Below are positions 51,981 through 64,000 of a DNA stretch of 64,000 bases, in pieces. The translations under genes and the position numbers were made by a program. How positions within the stretch are numbered: the stretch's first letter is position 1; the number at the start of each line of letters is the position of its first letter. The notes below the pieces were generated by a model. That model had not been told where the DNA came from. It did no database searches and was given only the letters and a program-made list of their open reading frames with translations. This DNA is from Schmidtea polychroa (taxonomy: Eukaryota): positions 17,052,001 to 17,116,000 of the forward strand of contig CM097885.1 in the NCBI GenBank assembly GCA_044892525.1, in the 5' to 3' direction.

Positions 51981-52857
51981 TGTTGGGAACTCAATATATG
52001 GATATTGGAAGTTGATATTTTTCTGGATTTCTCTATTTCATTCCCGAAAGTATTATTTTTCTACGGCGACGGATCAGTGGAGAAGGCCATACATTTCAGC
52101 CCGATCAATACGACTGATTGAAAAGCCAGTCGACTAACTCGTTAGAGCAACCATAAAGGTCCCCACAAATTCTGACCTATGGGATTCCAACACCACTATA
52201 ATTCTTCAATATATATATCCTATTTCAATCAATTAAATCAAACAACAAAATTATTATTGAAAGGAGAAAGGTGATGAATTGAATTACTAAAGTTTAATTG
52301 ATTATTAACAACACAAATTCTATACCATTGCAAAAATTACAGAAGAAAATAAAATGAAAATTTAATAAAATGGCAATTTCAACATACTGCTAAACAGATT
52401 GAAGATTGCTGTGATCGGCTGAACAAAATCTAAGGTTTTATAAAAATGAACAGTAAAAAGTCTGTCTAAGATTGCTATTATATAGTTTTTGATGGAATTG
52501 TTTTAGCCAATCAAAATGGAGTAAGCCTATTTTATTTAATTTATTTGTAAATGTTTTAATTTTTAATTATTTTTCGATTTTATGTTTTATTTATTAAATC
52601 TCGATGGTTGGTTGGTTGTTTTTCTGTTTTATCCTTTTTATTAGCGACTTTTTTGTGCTTTTGTGTTTCTTAGCTTGTTATCGTTGTTTTTTAATTTATT
52701 TTAATTTTGTTTTATTTCTTACTTTTTATTTCATTGATTTTATTTTTAATTTACTTCTATGTTGTTAAGGTGTCGTAGGTGTCCTTTTTTATTTATTTAT
52801 AATAGGAAACAAAATTGATTACTAAAGTTTGTTCAATACTCAGTTCTCAGCCTAACA
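51981..52857 (-). mobile_element. LTR or LTR fragment related to the 1675 LTR (left boundary uncertain)
   Basis: Minus strand starts TGTTAGGCTGAGAACTGAG at 52857, compared with TGTTGGGCTGAAAACGAGAACTGAG at 1675. ATTGG at ~52509 and TATATAA at ~52481. Possible TSD CTAG/CTAC (1 mismatch). Confidence 0.5.
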
Positions 52858-55800
52858 CTACTCTTCGCATACTTGTTATTATGACATCGAAAATTTAAAA
52901 ACTAAGCAAACATTTTGTTAATTCGATCCAAGGATCCAAAACTTTGGGTGATCTACAAAAAAACATTTGTATAGTGAGATACATTCATTAAATTTGAAGT
53001 ATATTAGAATATCAATGATTACCATTTTTGTGTTTTAATATATGTATACTTGTTGGACGATGAGGGTAGATTCATCGACACATTCATCCTTTCAAAGTAT
53101 TACATGACAGGGCCAAACTCATACCGAGTAAATATATACACAGAGAAGCAAATAGCTACCGTGCATAACCGCCCCAAAATCTCAATATCAATTTAATCAT
53201 CATCACAATCACCTCAACAATCATCATCAATCCAATACAATAGCAAGTAGCCCTAACAGTCCAAAATCAATCTTCAACATCAACTCAATCACCATCCAAA
53301 TCACTCCATCAAATTAATTTAGATTCTCCAATCCAAATCCCCACCACCAATTTACAGAACAAATTTAATATTAATTGTTTTGACAATATTGAGTGTTATA
53401 ACTATTATCATTTTATTTTTGATCTTGATTATTATTTTATTAGTATTTTATTTATTTTGATTTTATCGTGTGATTTTTATTGGTATTTTATTTTATGAAG
53501 ATGAAAAATTAAATAAAGTGATTAATCAATTCTAATCGATTATAATTGAACACATTTTTTCTGAGTTGTGTAAGGAAATTTTACAATGGTAGACAAAATT
53601 AAATAATTTAGGTGTTGACATTTGAGTGCATTTAAGAGCTTTTGTAGTAGAAAAATGTACTATAAAAGCCAATTAAAAAATAGTAAATTGGCTCAAGGTA
53701 ATTTTGACCTATTTTATCGAATGGTCGAAAAGATGCAATAATTTAATTGATGATTAACATCATATTCAATGATAAGTTTAGGTTTTTATAAACATATTGT
53801 TTGTCATTGGGAAATCTGAAAAATCTGACCATTTTTGCTGTAATTCAATTTTAAATTTAATGAAATTTTGTTATTGTTATATACTTTGTTATTAATTTTT
53901 ATTAATTTGTTATACTTTGAATATTAATGAACAGGAAATTTCAGATTACATATTTGTCATGTTACAATGTTCAAATTTTTTAAATTAAAAATGCAAATCT
54001 TTCATTAACCCTAAGGAATTTATATGAATTTTAATTAATTTTTAAATATTGATTAATTGAGGGGTTGAAAAGCTAGTAGTACCTAAATTATAATATTATA
54101 AAAATATATGTAGATTATAATTAGAGTTGCCACATGTTGAGAGGCTCAAAGTAGAACAAATCAATAGCCTATTACAGTAGTAGGTACGACAAATATCAAA
54201 TTGTTATTCTTTTTATTTATTTTTAAAAAAAGATAAAATAAGAAATATATTCTACAAGAATACTAAAAAATACCTATACTAAAACAATTGAAAGAACAAG
54301 CGAGAATCAAATTTATCATCAGAGTCAAGAATGGTTGTTATACTCAATTGATTATAACATTTCAAGATTAGAATAAATCAAAGAAATATTCTAAGATTAT
54401 AAAGCTATTGTACAACATAACCATCATCTTAAAAATGATATGGTGCATTTATTAAATGAGATGACGCATCAGATAATAAGAGCTATTGCAACCGTCTCAT
54501 GATTAAATATTCAATCTTGTGACGGTTACAAAAGGTCAGAACAACAGAATGTTCATTTAAGTAATAAGATGTGTCCTATTTAAAATCATGGAGAAATTAT
54601 AGATGCTGTTAGGAGTATCACCAATCATATCTTGAAAATTCAATTAATACTAAATGAATCCATAATTTTTATATCAAAATATATGATCACACCTAAATTT
54701 CTTATTTAAACAAATTTTCTATTTTTAATTTATTTTTGAAATATTTATTTTAATTTATTTTGCATTTTTAAATTTAAAATTTTAAAATATTTTGTAAATT
54801 ACAACTTAAAAATTTCAGGAACTTCCTACTCTCTCATCGATGTAATTTTGAAAGCAAAAGCAAATATTGTAGAAAAATTACAAACTTATACAAATAATGG
54901 CCCAGTTTGGTAATTTCAAAAATTTTAAAAATCTGTGCATACTCATAATTTATTTGGACATTGTTGAGTGAAATCGAGAAATATATATCCATGAGGGTTT
55001 TTGGTAGCATCTTGAAATGTACTGATTAGAAAATTAGGATTATTTGAATATACTTGTCTTGTAAGGAAATCAAATACTGTTGCATTTTTAGAATTCTTGA
55101 TTCAAATTGCGTGTTCGATTGGTAGAGTTTACAATATTCATGTCACGACGTCATGATACTTAGAGAAATACAATACAATTTAATATAAAAATAGAAATTA
55201 ATAATTACCAGAAATATAATAAGTAATATAAATTTAATGAAAGGGAGGATAGCCAGTTCAATTAAAACTAATATTAGATAAATTTAAATAAAGAGCTTAA
55301 ACCAGTAATGACTGAATTAATTTGGTTGTAAAAGAATGTGAAATTAGCATAAAAATTCGTTTAGACGAGACAGATCGAGTAGCATCATAATTAGATATAC
55401 ATAAAGACAAGGAGAAATTGTAGTTAGAAAAATCTCAATCATTTAGAGCCTCTCGGAACCATCAACTGTAAAGTTAATTTACCTTAAGTATGACAAGTAT
55501 TTATATATATATATATATAGTAATGCACTATTATATCCTCCATTTATTGAATTGTAATTAGAATTCGTTATGCGTTGTTATTTTTGTTATGATGTACGTG
55601 ATTTAAATATTAAATAAACTAGATAGCGATAATTCACTATAGTGAATTATCACTATATAAAAATTGATAAAATCTAAAATCAAAAAAGAAATATAAAAAC
55701 TAAACTAAAAAAACTGACTCAAGGAAAAGAAAACGATCTGAAAAAGAAACTAGTTTGGAAGCTCCACGATCTTAAAATTCAACAATCACACGATCCTCCA

Positions 55801-56374
55801 ACTAGATAATTATACGATCCCCACAATCCTACTATCGTACAATTCTGCAATTATAAAATTCTACAACTATCATTCTAAACTTCAGTTATCCAGCTCACTC
55901 GCATCTAGATTCTAGAATAATACTAGACCAAGTCCTACCTTTGGAATTTTCAGTTATAAAAAAGAATATATTAATAGAAGAATAATTTTATTTAAAAGAA
56001 GGTAGCAAGAAAATGAATACTCTTTATTTATATCACATTAAATATGGTAAAAACACCAGAAAATGCAACAAATTGAATTATGGATACCTATGTGCATCAT
56101 ATATTTTGAGAAATGACAAAACGCTTCGAAAATAACCTCCGTTGAAGCTTGCATTCAAAAGCGGTGTACGAGAGTATACTGGTAAGATGCAATTATTGCG
56201 TCAGACACAGAAGAAAAGTATGACAAGTATTTAAAATTAATCGCAAACGAATTGAATAAAGTTAGATAGTTAATTAATGTTGAAAAATGCACAATTTTGC
56301 AATCGGGTCATCAACTGGTATTTCTCCTATAGAAACAAAATAACAGCGATTGAAAATTATAAATTACCAGTCAA

Positions 56375-59299
56375 TAGGGCTTGCAATACCGATTAACCGA
56401 TTTACCGGTTAACCGGTAAATTGCTAAAAAATTCATTACCGAAAAACCGGTAAATTCATTATATTTTACCGGTTTTTTCGGTAAAAATTTAAACTTTATA
56501 TTATACAATATTTATCGTTTTGTTCCGTTCCGTGCATACTATTTTATAAGTAAATAGTTGAATTTAATATTTAAAATTAATAATTATACTATAATAAAGA
56601 AATTCGACTTTATTTATAAAGTAGTATGTACGGAACAAAACGAAAAATATTGTAAAATATAAAAAGTTTCACACTTCTGTTCAGTGGTCACAAGTCACAC
56701 TCGCACCTACGTAAATATAAAACAAATTTTTGTTTCTTGTTGTGTATGCAAATGCGTGAAATATTCATGCTTAATATTCTATTATTCTATCATATATATG
56801 TTAAGTGCTCGCTCAAACCGAAGTAGAAATTTTTTATTTGTTTGTAATATTCAAGTTATATACTGACAGAAACGAATGTTTTTCGTGGAATTTCGAAATA
56901 TTGAACAATTTTAACTGTTAAAATTGAAATACATAAATTGTTGCAGTATATAATTTATAATAAATATATCAATTTTTTTTTAATATAATAGAACGTCTCA
57001 TAAAATTTAATAAAGGTAAGGTAATACAAAAAATACTAATTTATTCGTTATTTAAAACCAAAAAATATTTTAGCCATCATGCGTACAAATTTAATATGGA
57101 CCTAATTCAAAGAAACATATAAGAATGAAGCCATCTGCAATAGTTGTGCGAAACCGATTAAATGTGTTGGTGGTAGCACTAGCGGTTTGCATGCCCATCT
57201 TAAATCTCAGCATAAAATTAATCTATTGAAGAGAAAAGATGACGAGAGTGATATGGCATCATCTAGTCAAATTACAAACAAAGTCATCGCTAGCACTACA
57301 AACAATAATATATCAAATTTCTTTATAAAAAAGGTTGATGATTCACTTCCAGCTGTTCTCGCGCGTTTGACAGCAAAAGATAATATACCGTTTTATAGAG
57401 TTGCCACATATTACGATATCCGAGTACTAATTAAAGCTAAATATAATAAAGAAGTACCAAGATCTTCCCATACGATCAAAAAAATTGTAATGGACTATGG
57501 GGATAAAATTCGCAAACAAGTGGTTGAAGATTTATCCAACCGAAAAGCTAATAATAGTGTATTCAGTTTGACGTTTGACGAGTGGACGTCTGTTAAGAAT
57601 CGACGATATATGAACATAAACGTTCATGGAAATGACCGCTTTTGGAACTTGGGTCTTGTGAGAGTACATGGTTCGATGCCAGCTGATAAATGTATAACGC
57701 TGTTGCAAAATAAGTTAAATGAGTTCAAACTAACTTTAGACAACATTTTTTCAATAACAACTGATGGTGCTTCGGTGATGAAGAAAGTAGGTTCGTTGAT
57801 TAATGCTAATCATCAATTGTGTTTAGCACACGGCATTCAGCTAGCCGTCATTAATGTTTTATATCGTAAAAAAGACATGAGCGATATTCATATAGAGGAA
57901 GTAAGTATTGTGGATGAAACAGAAACCGATTTAGAAAGTGAAGAAGGCATTTCCGAAGAAGATGAAGTGGGCTTTGAAGTAATTAATACGGTACCCACTT
58001 GAATTGATGTTCAGCATGAAGAAATAAGTCCTCTAATAACAAAAATTAGAAAAGTTGTTGTATTGTTTCGCAGATCCCCTACAAAGAACGACAATTTACA
58101 GAAGCATATTAAGGAAGAATTTAACAAAGAGCTATCCTTGATCATAGACTCAAAAACCAGATGGAATAGTCTTTGTGCAATGCTAGAGAGATTCTGCGAA
58201 GTTGAAAGTGCAATAAGAAAAAGTTTAATCGACATTAAATCCGAGTTAAGTTTCAGCGAAAATGAAGTTGTTTTACTTAAAAATATAATTGCATCATTGC
58301 AACCAGTAAAACTTGCTGTGGAAGCACTATGTCGAGAAGACGTTAATTTATATGTTTCAGATATAACAATGAAATTTATGTTAGATGAGCTTAGTGTGCA
58401 AAACACAATTCTAAGTAAAGAACTTAAAGAATCTCTAATTATACGTATTAAAGAAAGGAGAAACATTTGTGCAGATATTTTGCACTATCTCCATGATCCA
58501 AATGTAATTAATGTAAGAATAAGAAATGACGATGATAATTATGAAATATTCTATAAAACAACAAAACCATTGATAATAAAAAAATCGTTGAATTAATTGA
58601 ACGGTTTACGTTAAATGAAGAGTCTGAAACTGACATTTCAGATTCAGAAACATGTACTTCAGATGAGGGTGCAACTCCGTCAACATCAGCATCGCCAGCG
58701 TTAACAATGAAAGAAAAGCTGCAACTTACAATTCAGCAGAAGATGAATAAATCGAATTTGGAAAGTACTCGCCCAAAATCACCTAAAGGTAAAGGATTAG
58801 CAAACATTATTAAAAAGGAAATGGACTTTTTCCAAGAACAGAACATCCTAGGTAAATATTTAGAGAAAGCATTTCAAATGTTGTAAACTGTTCGACCGAC
58901 AAGTGTCGAATCGGAGCGCGCGTTTTCAGCAGTCGGTCTGATCTGCACCAAATTGATGTCGAGCTTAAATGATAACACGTTAAACACAATGTGTTTTTAA
59001 GGCAGTATTTTAATCAAAAACAAGAGTTGAAATGAAGTTTTAATTTTTTTCTAATTTGCGTTTATACTTTTTTTTATATATTATAATGTTATGATTATAA
59101 ATTAATAAAATAAAAGAATGAATTAATAAAATAACTGACTTGAATTTTATAAAACATATTATAAGTAATTAGTTTGAATAAAATATCAACTAACTAAAAT
59201 ACTCTCAAAATTACCGGTAAATTACCGGTTTACCGGTTTTTTCCACATAAATTACCGAATTACCGGTAATTGAAAAAGTCGGTAAATTTGGAAGCCCTA
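56375..59299 (+). mobile_element. Full-length hAT (Ac/hobo-like) DNA transposon
   Basis: TIRs TAGGGCTTGCAA / TTGGAAGCCCTA (11 of 12 match), a perfect 8-bp TSD CCAGTCAA (56367-56374 and 59300-59307) and subterminal ACCGGT clusters. Confidence 0.95.
57079..59030 (+). pseudogene. hAT transposase with BED zinc finger, inactivated by stops and frameshifts
   Basis: CNSC...GGSTSGLHAHLKSQH, LTFDEWTS, TTDGAS, CLAHGIQL, TRWNS and PTSVESERAFS. In-frame stops, for example at 58000-58002. Confidence 0.9.
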
Positions 59300-60784
59300 C
59301 CAGTCAACAAAATAAATTTCAAAGGCTGCAAATAAACTAGAATTTTTATATAAACTTATCAATTATAAAATTAAAAAAGATAATTTGGACTGAATTTGAA
59401 ATGTTTTGAGGAAGCTTAACAGATATTGCAAAGAACAACTGAACTCGCGTTATTCCAGAATCGGGTACTGGAGCAGTACTGGAGCAAAATGGACGTCCAA
59501 TATCATTCTTTAGCAGATTGTTAACAGAAACAGAATCTAGGCAGGGAATTACTCGCAATATACAAAGCTTGCAAGCATTTCCATAATTTCCTTGAAGCCA
59601 CTGAATTCTTGATGCAAACGAAAACAAACCGATTGCCAAAGGACAGACAAAAGATCGAAGCAACAGACATCTCCAATATATTCACAAATTTCAGTGCAAG
59701 ATAGTCTACTGTCCTGTGAATAAAAACCAAGTTGATGAACATAGGTTCTACTACTTTCCAAAAACACTTACCCATAGATGAATGAAAAGATAATGCAAAA
59801 GCAGAAACAGGAGATGAAGTATGAAAAAATGAATTATCAAAGAAAATTGAGAAATTAATTTTACCGCAGTCTCAGAAGAGAAGCTCTTCGGATGACTCAC
59901 GATGTCGCTCATCTAGGAATACAAAGGACCAATATATTGATGTTGAGTTCAACACCTGGCACAAGATGACAAAAGACCAAATGTGGTGTCAACAATACGA
60001 TTCCTGCTCAAAATGAAAGGTATACTGTCATTTCAAATTGTCATTGCAAGCTTTGCAAGGCTGTGTGTAAATGTTTTCAGCAGTGGCAAAGTTGTTATTT
60101 TAGGCCTTTAGACATTTAGATTATTAACCTTTTATTAACGTTTTAATTTACGAGTTGCAAATGGAATACAAAGGAAATTCATGTTTCTGATTGTTCATAC
60201 AATATGAATGCTGACTCCAAATGGGAAAAAATTGTATATAAACTTTTAATAATTTCTAATTTCATCCTTTAAAATACATTCTATATTAGAAGATAAAAAT
60301 CGTAATTTAATATGTTATTACATTTAATTAATAATTAAAGATGCTTTGTCTCTTTGGCGACTATTTTGACCAAGAAGGAATGATCTGACAAAAATATTGA
60401 TAAATGATAAAAACCAAAAAGATTGAAAATTTAATTATCTACGGATTTCAATTATCAAATTTTAGTTAATATTTCATGAGCAAATCAGTATTTAAATTTT
60501 GACCTTTGTCAGCCCTTTTGACCATGAAGATATAGTCTGATGAAATAGTTGTCAATAAAAGTCTTAGAATTTTTTCCCCTTCAATTTGATAAATAGAAGT
60601 CTTGGAGAAAATTCATGGTTCAATTTTTAGTTTTGGTATCATTGTTAAATGAACTTTTGACGAAATATTTTTGACGACTCATATTTCTTTGTTCTTGGGA
60701 GAGGTATGTATTTGTCTATCAGACTTAGAATTTTTTTTGATGATGACTCATATTTCTTTGTTTTCAAAAATAATTGTAATTGAT

Positions 60785-61030
60785 TCAATCGGTGGTAGCG
60801 ACAAGCGATGTATACAAAGGGCAGGGACGTAATCATTGTAAGCTAGGGACTTGCACTTACTAGGAATTCTCGTTCAAGTGGAATAATTTCAATCCACTAT
60901 TCCTGACACAACAGTGATTTAGCCTCTTACCCGGCCATTTCTAGCTATTAATGAAACTCGCTGTTACTGCCATTTTAGCGCGCATGGGGCCCGGGCATCT
61001 AAGGACATCACAGTACTGTTATTTCTCAAT
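60785..61030 (-). pseudogene. Degenerate fragment of the 18S rRNA 3' region
   Basis: TACAAAGGGCAGGGACGTAATC and CATCTAAGGACATCACAG.ACTGTTATT match the reverse complement of conserved eukaryotic SSU rRNA segments, with substitutions at universal positions. Only ~250 bp. Confidence 0.85.
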
Positions 61031-64000
61031 TTCCTTTAGCTAAAATGGCGTTTCCCTCCTGCAGGAGGCCATGAAGTATGGAGTCAGTGAGATTACCATG
61101 CGGTGTGCTGTGAAGGAACGGGCTTTTAGAAGAATAATTCTGATGTTAGGAGTACCCGAGCTCCAAGGATACAAGTGAACAAGACATGGTGAAACTGAGA
61201 GCGTGAAAGTTACTCAAACTTTTGTACAATGAAATTATCTATATTTTTTCCTATATTTTTTAAATTGAAATATTACTACATTCCCGGGAATGACAATTTT
61301 TATGCATCTGACATTGTCTGCACCAGATAGCACCGAATTTCATACTGAAAGTTCAGCTGGTGGTCTGAATATGCATCAGTAAAAATGCGGTGAGTAATCC
61401 TGTTTCCCTACCTCATCCAAGCAGTGTTAACGCTGATTTTTAACAGCAGTACTGCATTCGTGCCAAATAACTACCATTCATTAACCATAATCACAGCGAA
61501 GACAGTGTTTAGCCTCATTTGGCATCTGTGTGTTACGCAAGAGTAACGCAGTCTCTACTTCATGAACTCCACATTCTATTTTTCTGTAAAGAATCAAACC
61601 CTCACAAACCTTTCCCACTGTCGCCCTGTGAAAAATGTTGGTCACTCTTCAAAGCTGAAATTTACAGGGATAACAATCACAACACCGTATCCAGCGATAC
61701 ATCCCAAAATTGTCCCACGCTGCTCTGCAGAATGACTTTAAAACTATCCGAAAACGATTACGGGCAATCTGTGCAACTGGCCCCCTATCAGTTGTTTGAC
61801 ATTTAAAATTGTTGCATATTTTTCTTTGACCGTGTTAACATATTATTTAAAGGGATTTGTTAATAAGTTTTAAATTTGTCCGGATTATGATGTCACACCT
61901 TTTACAAGCAATATAAAAATGTAAAATCTAAAAGGAAAATATTGTAACCGACTAAGCGGTAAAAAGTTTAATAAAAAAATTATGATGTAATTTATTATTT
62001 TTATTTTAAGTTAAATTATTTAATAATTTTAGAAGTTAATTTAGATGAAAAAAATAATTTGAAAATTTAAAATGGAAATTAAGATGGTAAATTTTAAATT
62101 CACTTTCAATTTATCTTGTTTGATAATATTAAATTAAATAACTGAACTTAATTGAATTTTAAATTATTTATATTTAATTATTTATGATGTTTATTTATTA
62201 ATGTATTATATTAATGTATGATTTTAATAAAAAATTTGAATTTTTTAAATTGGCACTATTTATTTAAGAAAATATTTTTGGTACTTGTTGAAAATATTGT
62301 GGGCATCACGTTTTTAAAGCATCATCATTTTAATCTTAAAAATTAGTATATCATGAAGCTGAAATGTAATCAACAGTTTTTTATTATCTTTTTTTCATAA
62401 ATTTTGAGCCAACAAAAAGTTAGAATTTGTTTAAAAATTCAATTGAATTTTTCAGGAAACAATGTTTAACTTTTAAATAATTGATTTATGAAACAAGGAA
62501 TTAATAGGCTCAGTGATATTTTCAAAAAATTGAATTAGAATCAAGAATTGCTTTTAAGAAATGCACAAGGAAATTTACTATATATGAATTTGGAAAAATT
62601 CAAAGTTTGGATTAACCATTGGCAGCAGTGTGGTTCTCTTCGAGGGACACGCATCAGTTAATTTTATGATGGTCTAGGGGCGGGGACTCCAGTTTTGTTT
62701 TAGACTCACTACATTAAAGGCCCAGAATTTTGATTATAGTCAAGGAATTACTGAACCAATAATTAGCAAATCAGCCGGTAGAAATGAACCTAAAAAGATT
62801 TTTTGGGTCAATCAACAAAGAAATGTGACGGTTTTCTTTAAAAATATTAAAGAATCTGTCAATTGTGATAATTATTAATAATTCACCACGTAATTGAAGT
62901 AATTACAGTATGTAGTATTATCTGTCAAATTTAAAACTCAAAATGTTGAGAACGAGTATAAATATGTGTTAATTGATAAAAATATATTTTCTTAATTTAA
63001 TATTTAGAGTTATTATTGTTGATGCTTAAAGATGATCTGCTTATGGTCCTATCAGTTGAATTACTTCTGGTATTTATAACATCCATAATTATACACAAAT
63101 ATTTATTAAATTCAGAACAAATTCAATTTGTTTTACAATATTCAAACACATCTCTCCACAAGGATTTTTATTTGTGAGTAAAGTAATTTGCAAACCATAG
63201 CAATCCATAACATACATTTATTTAATTTTTATTTATTTACATTCTGACTGATGCGAAGAAAAAAGTTTTATTATCATCGGTGTTTTTATTATCACCATTT
63301 ATATTTTATCATTTTCATTCTATTTTACAAAAAATATTCCTATATATTATTTTGAGATCATATAATAATAATAATAATACCTAAAAATAAAAAGGTATAA
63401 TAAATGTAATTATATTGATATATTAATAATAATTTTTGTATATGCTTTTCTAAAGTTTAATAATTATGAGGTTTTCAGTCGGGACGCCGTGAAATTAATA
63501 AGACGAAATGTTTATTAATTAACTAATTATTTTTGAAATACTTATTAATAACAATAACTTTTTAGTCCATTTTTATTTCTAAAATTAATATTGAATAATT
63601 TTTTCTCTCTCTGGTAGATTATTCCATTTATTGCTTCAGCAGATTCTATATTCAGTGAAGATTTTCTATTTTCTAATTAAAGAATTGGTCCGATATTTTA
63701 ACCAATTCTTTACTATTGTGATATTATTTTTAAATTTGTGGTTAAATTTAATTTATTGATCTATTATCATCAAACAGTAAATATATAAAAATACAAACGA
63801 TGTTATTTACTATTATTTGTGGAGGAAATGAAATTAATGATTCCATAACTATTCCATAGAAATAATGACACACACTATGTTAAAGTAAACATGGTTAACC
63901 AAAACTAAAAACATTGTATATGGGGTTATTTAAAACGGAATCAAATTGTATGAAATTTTATCTAATCACAAAAAATATTCGGTAGTAATTCAGATGCCAG

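Larger units (their letters stand above)
56050..60000 (+). pseudogene. Highly decayed Gypsy pol interrupted by a hAT insertion
   Basis: INVEKC...KITAIENYKLP precedes the insertion and GTGAVLEQNGRPISFFSRLLTETESR (RNase H) follows it. Confidence 0.65.

Noticed and set aside
55141..55495. Possible LTR TGTCA...TGACA upstream of the decayed Gypsy pol
   Set aside because: No TSD, PBS or second copy found.
55628..55651. Perfect 24-bp palindrome GATAATTCACTATAGTGAATTATC
   Set aside because: Isolated, with no associated element or function I can support.
58011..58466. 151-aa minus-strand ORF
   Set aside because: Antisense shadow of the hAT transposase.

Overview
AT-rich eukaryotic, transposon-dense DNA with long (TAA)n/(TA)n microsatellites and no convincing intact housekeeping gene. 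Composition, very short AT-rich introns and long TGTT...AACA LTRs suggest a planarian-like invertebrate (inference only). The standout is a 12.9 kb Polinton/Maverick-derived element (14272-27136; AGT...ACT ends, 6-bp TSD TAAGCC) built as a giant palindrome. Its two ~6.1 kb inverted arms each carry the same protein-primed DNA polymerase B gene around a 690-bp spacer, with no recognisable integrase, capsid or ATPase gene. The pPolB appears to have three short 5' spliceosomal introns and the same disabling lesions in both arms. A decayed Gypsy element (41.3-48.5 kb) carries two ubiquitin-like domains and a Bcl-2-like (BH2 + TM) segment between gag and protease. Also present: a 4.2 kb solo-LTR-like element with an intact 249-aa orphan ORF, other Gypsy remnants and solo LTRs, several hAT elements and MITEs, pogo and Penelope scraps, a proteasome-alpha/actin chimeric fragment, an 18S rDNA fragment and one candidate small secreted peptide. 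All protein-family calls are by eye, not by search.
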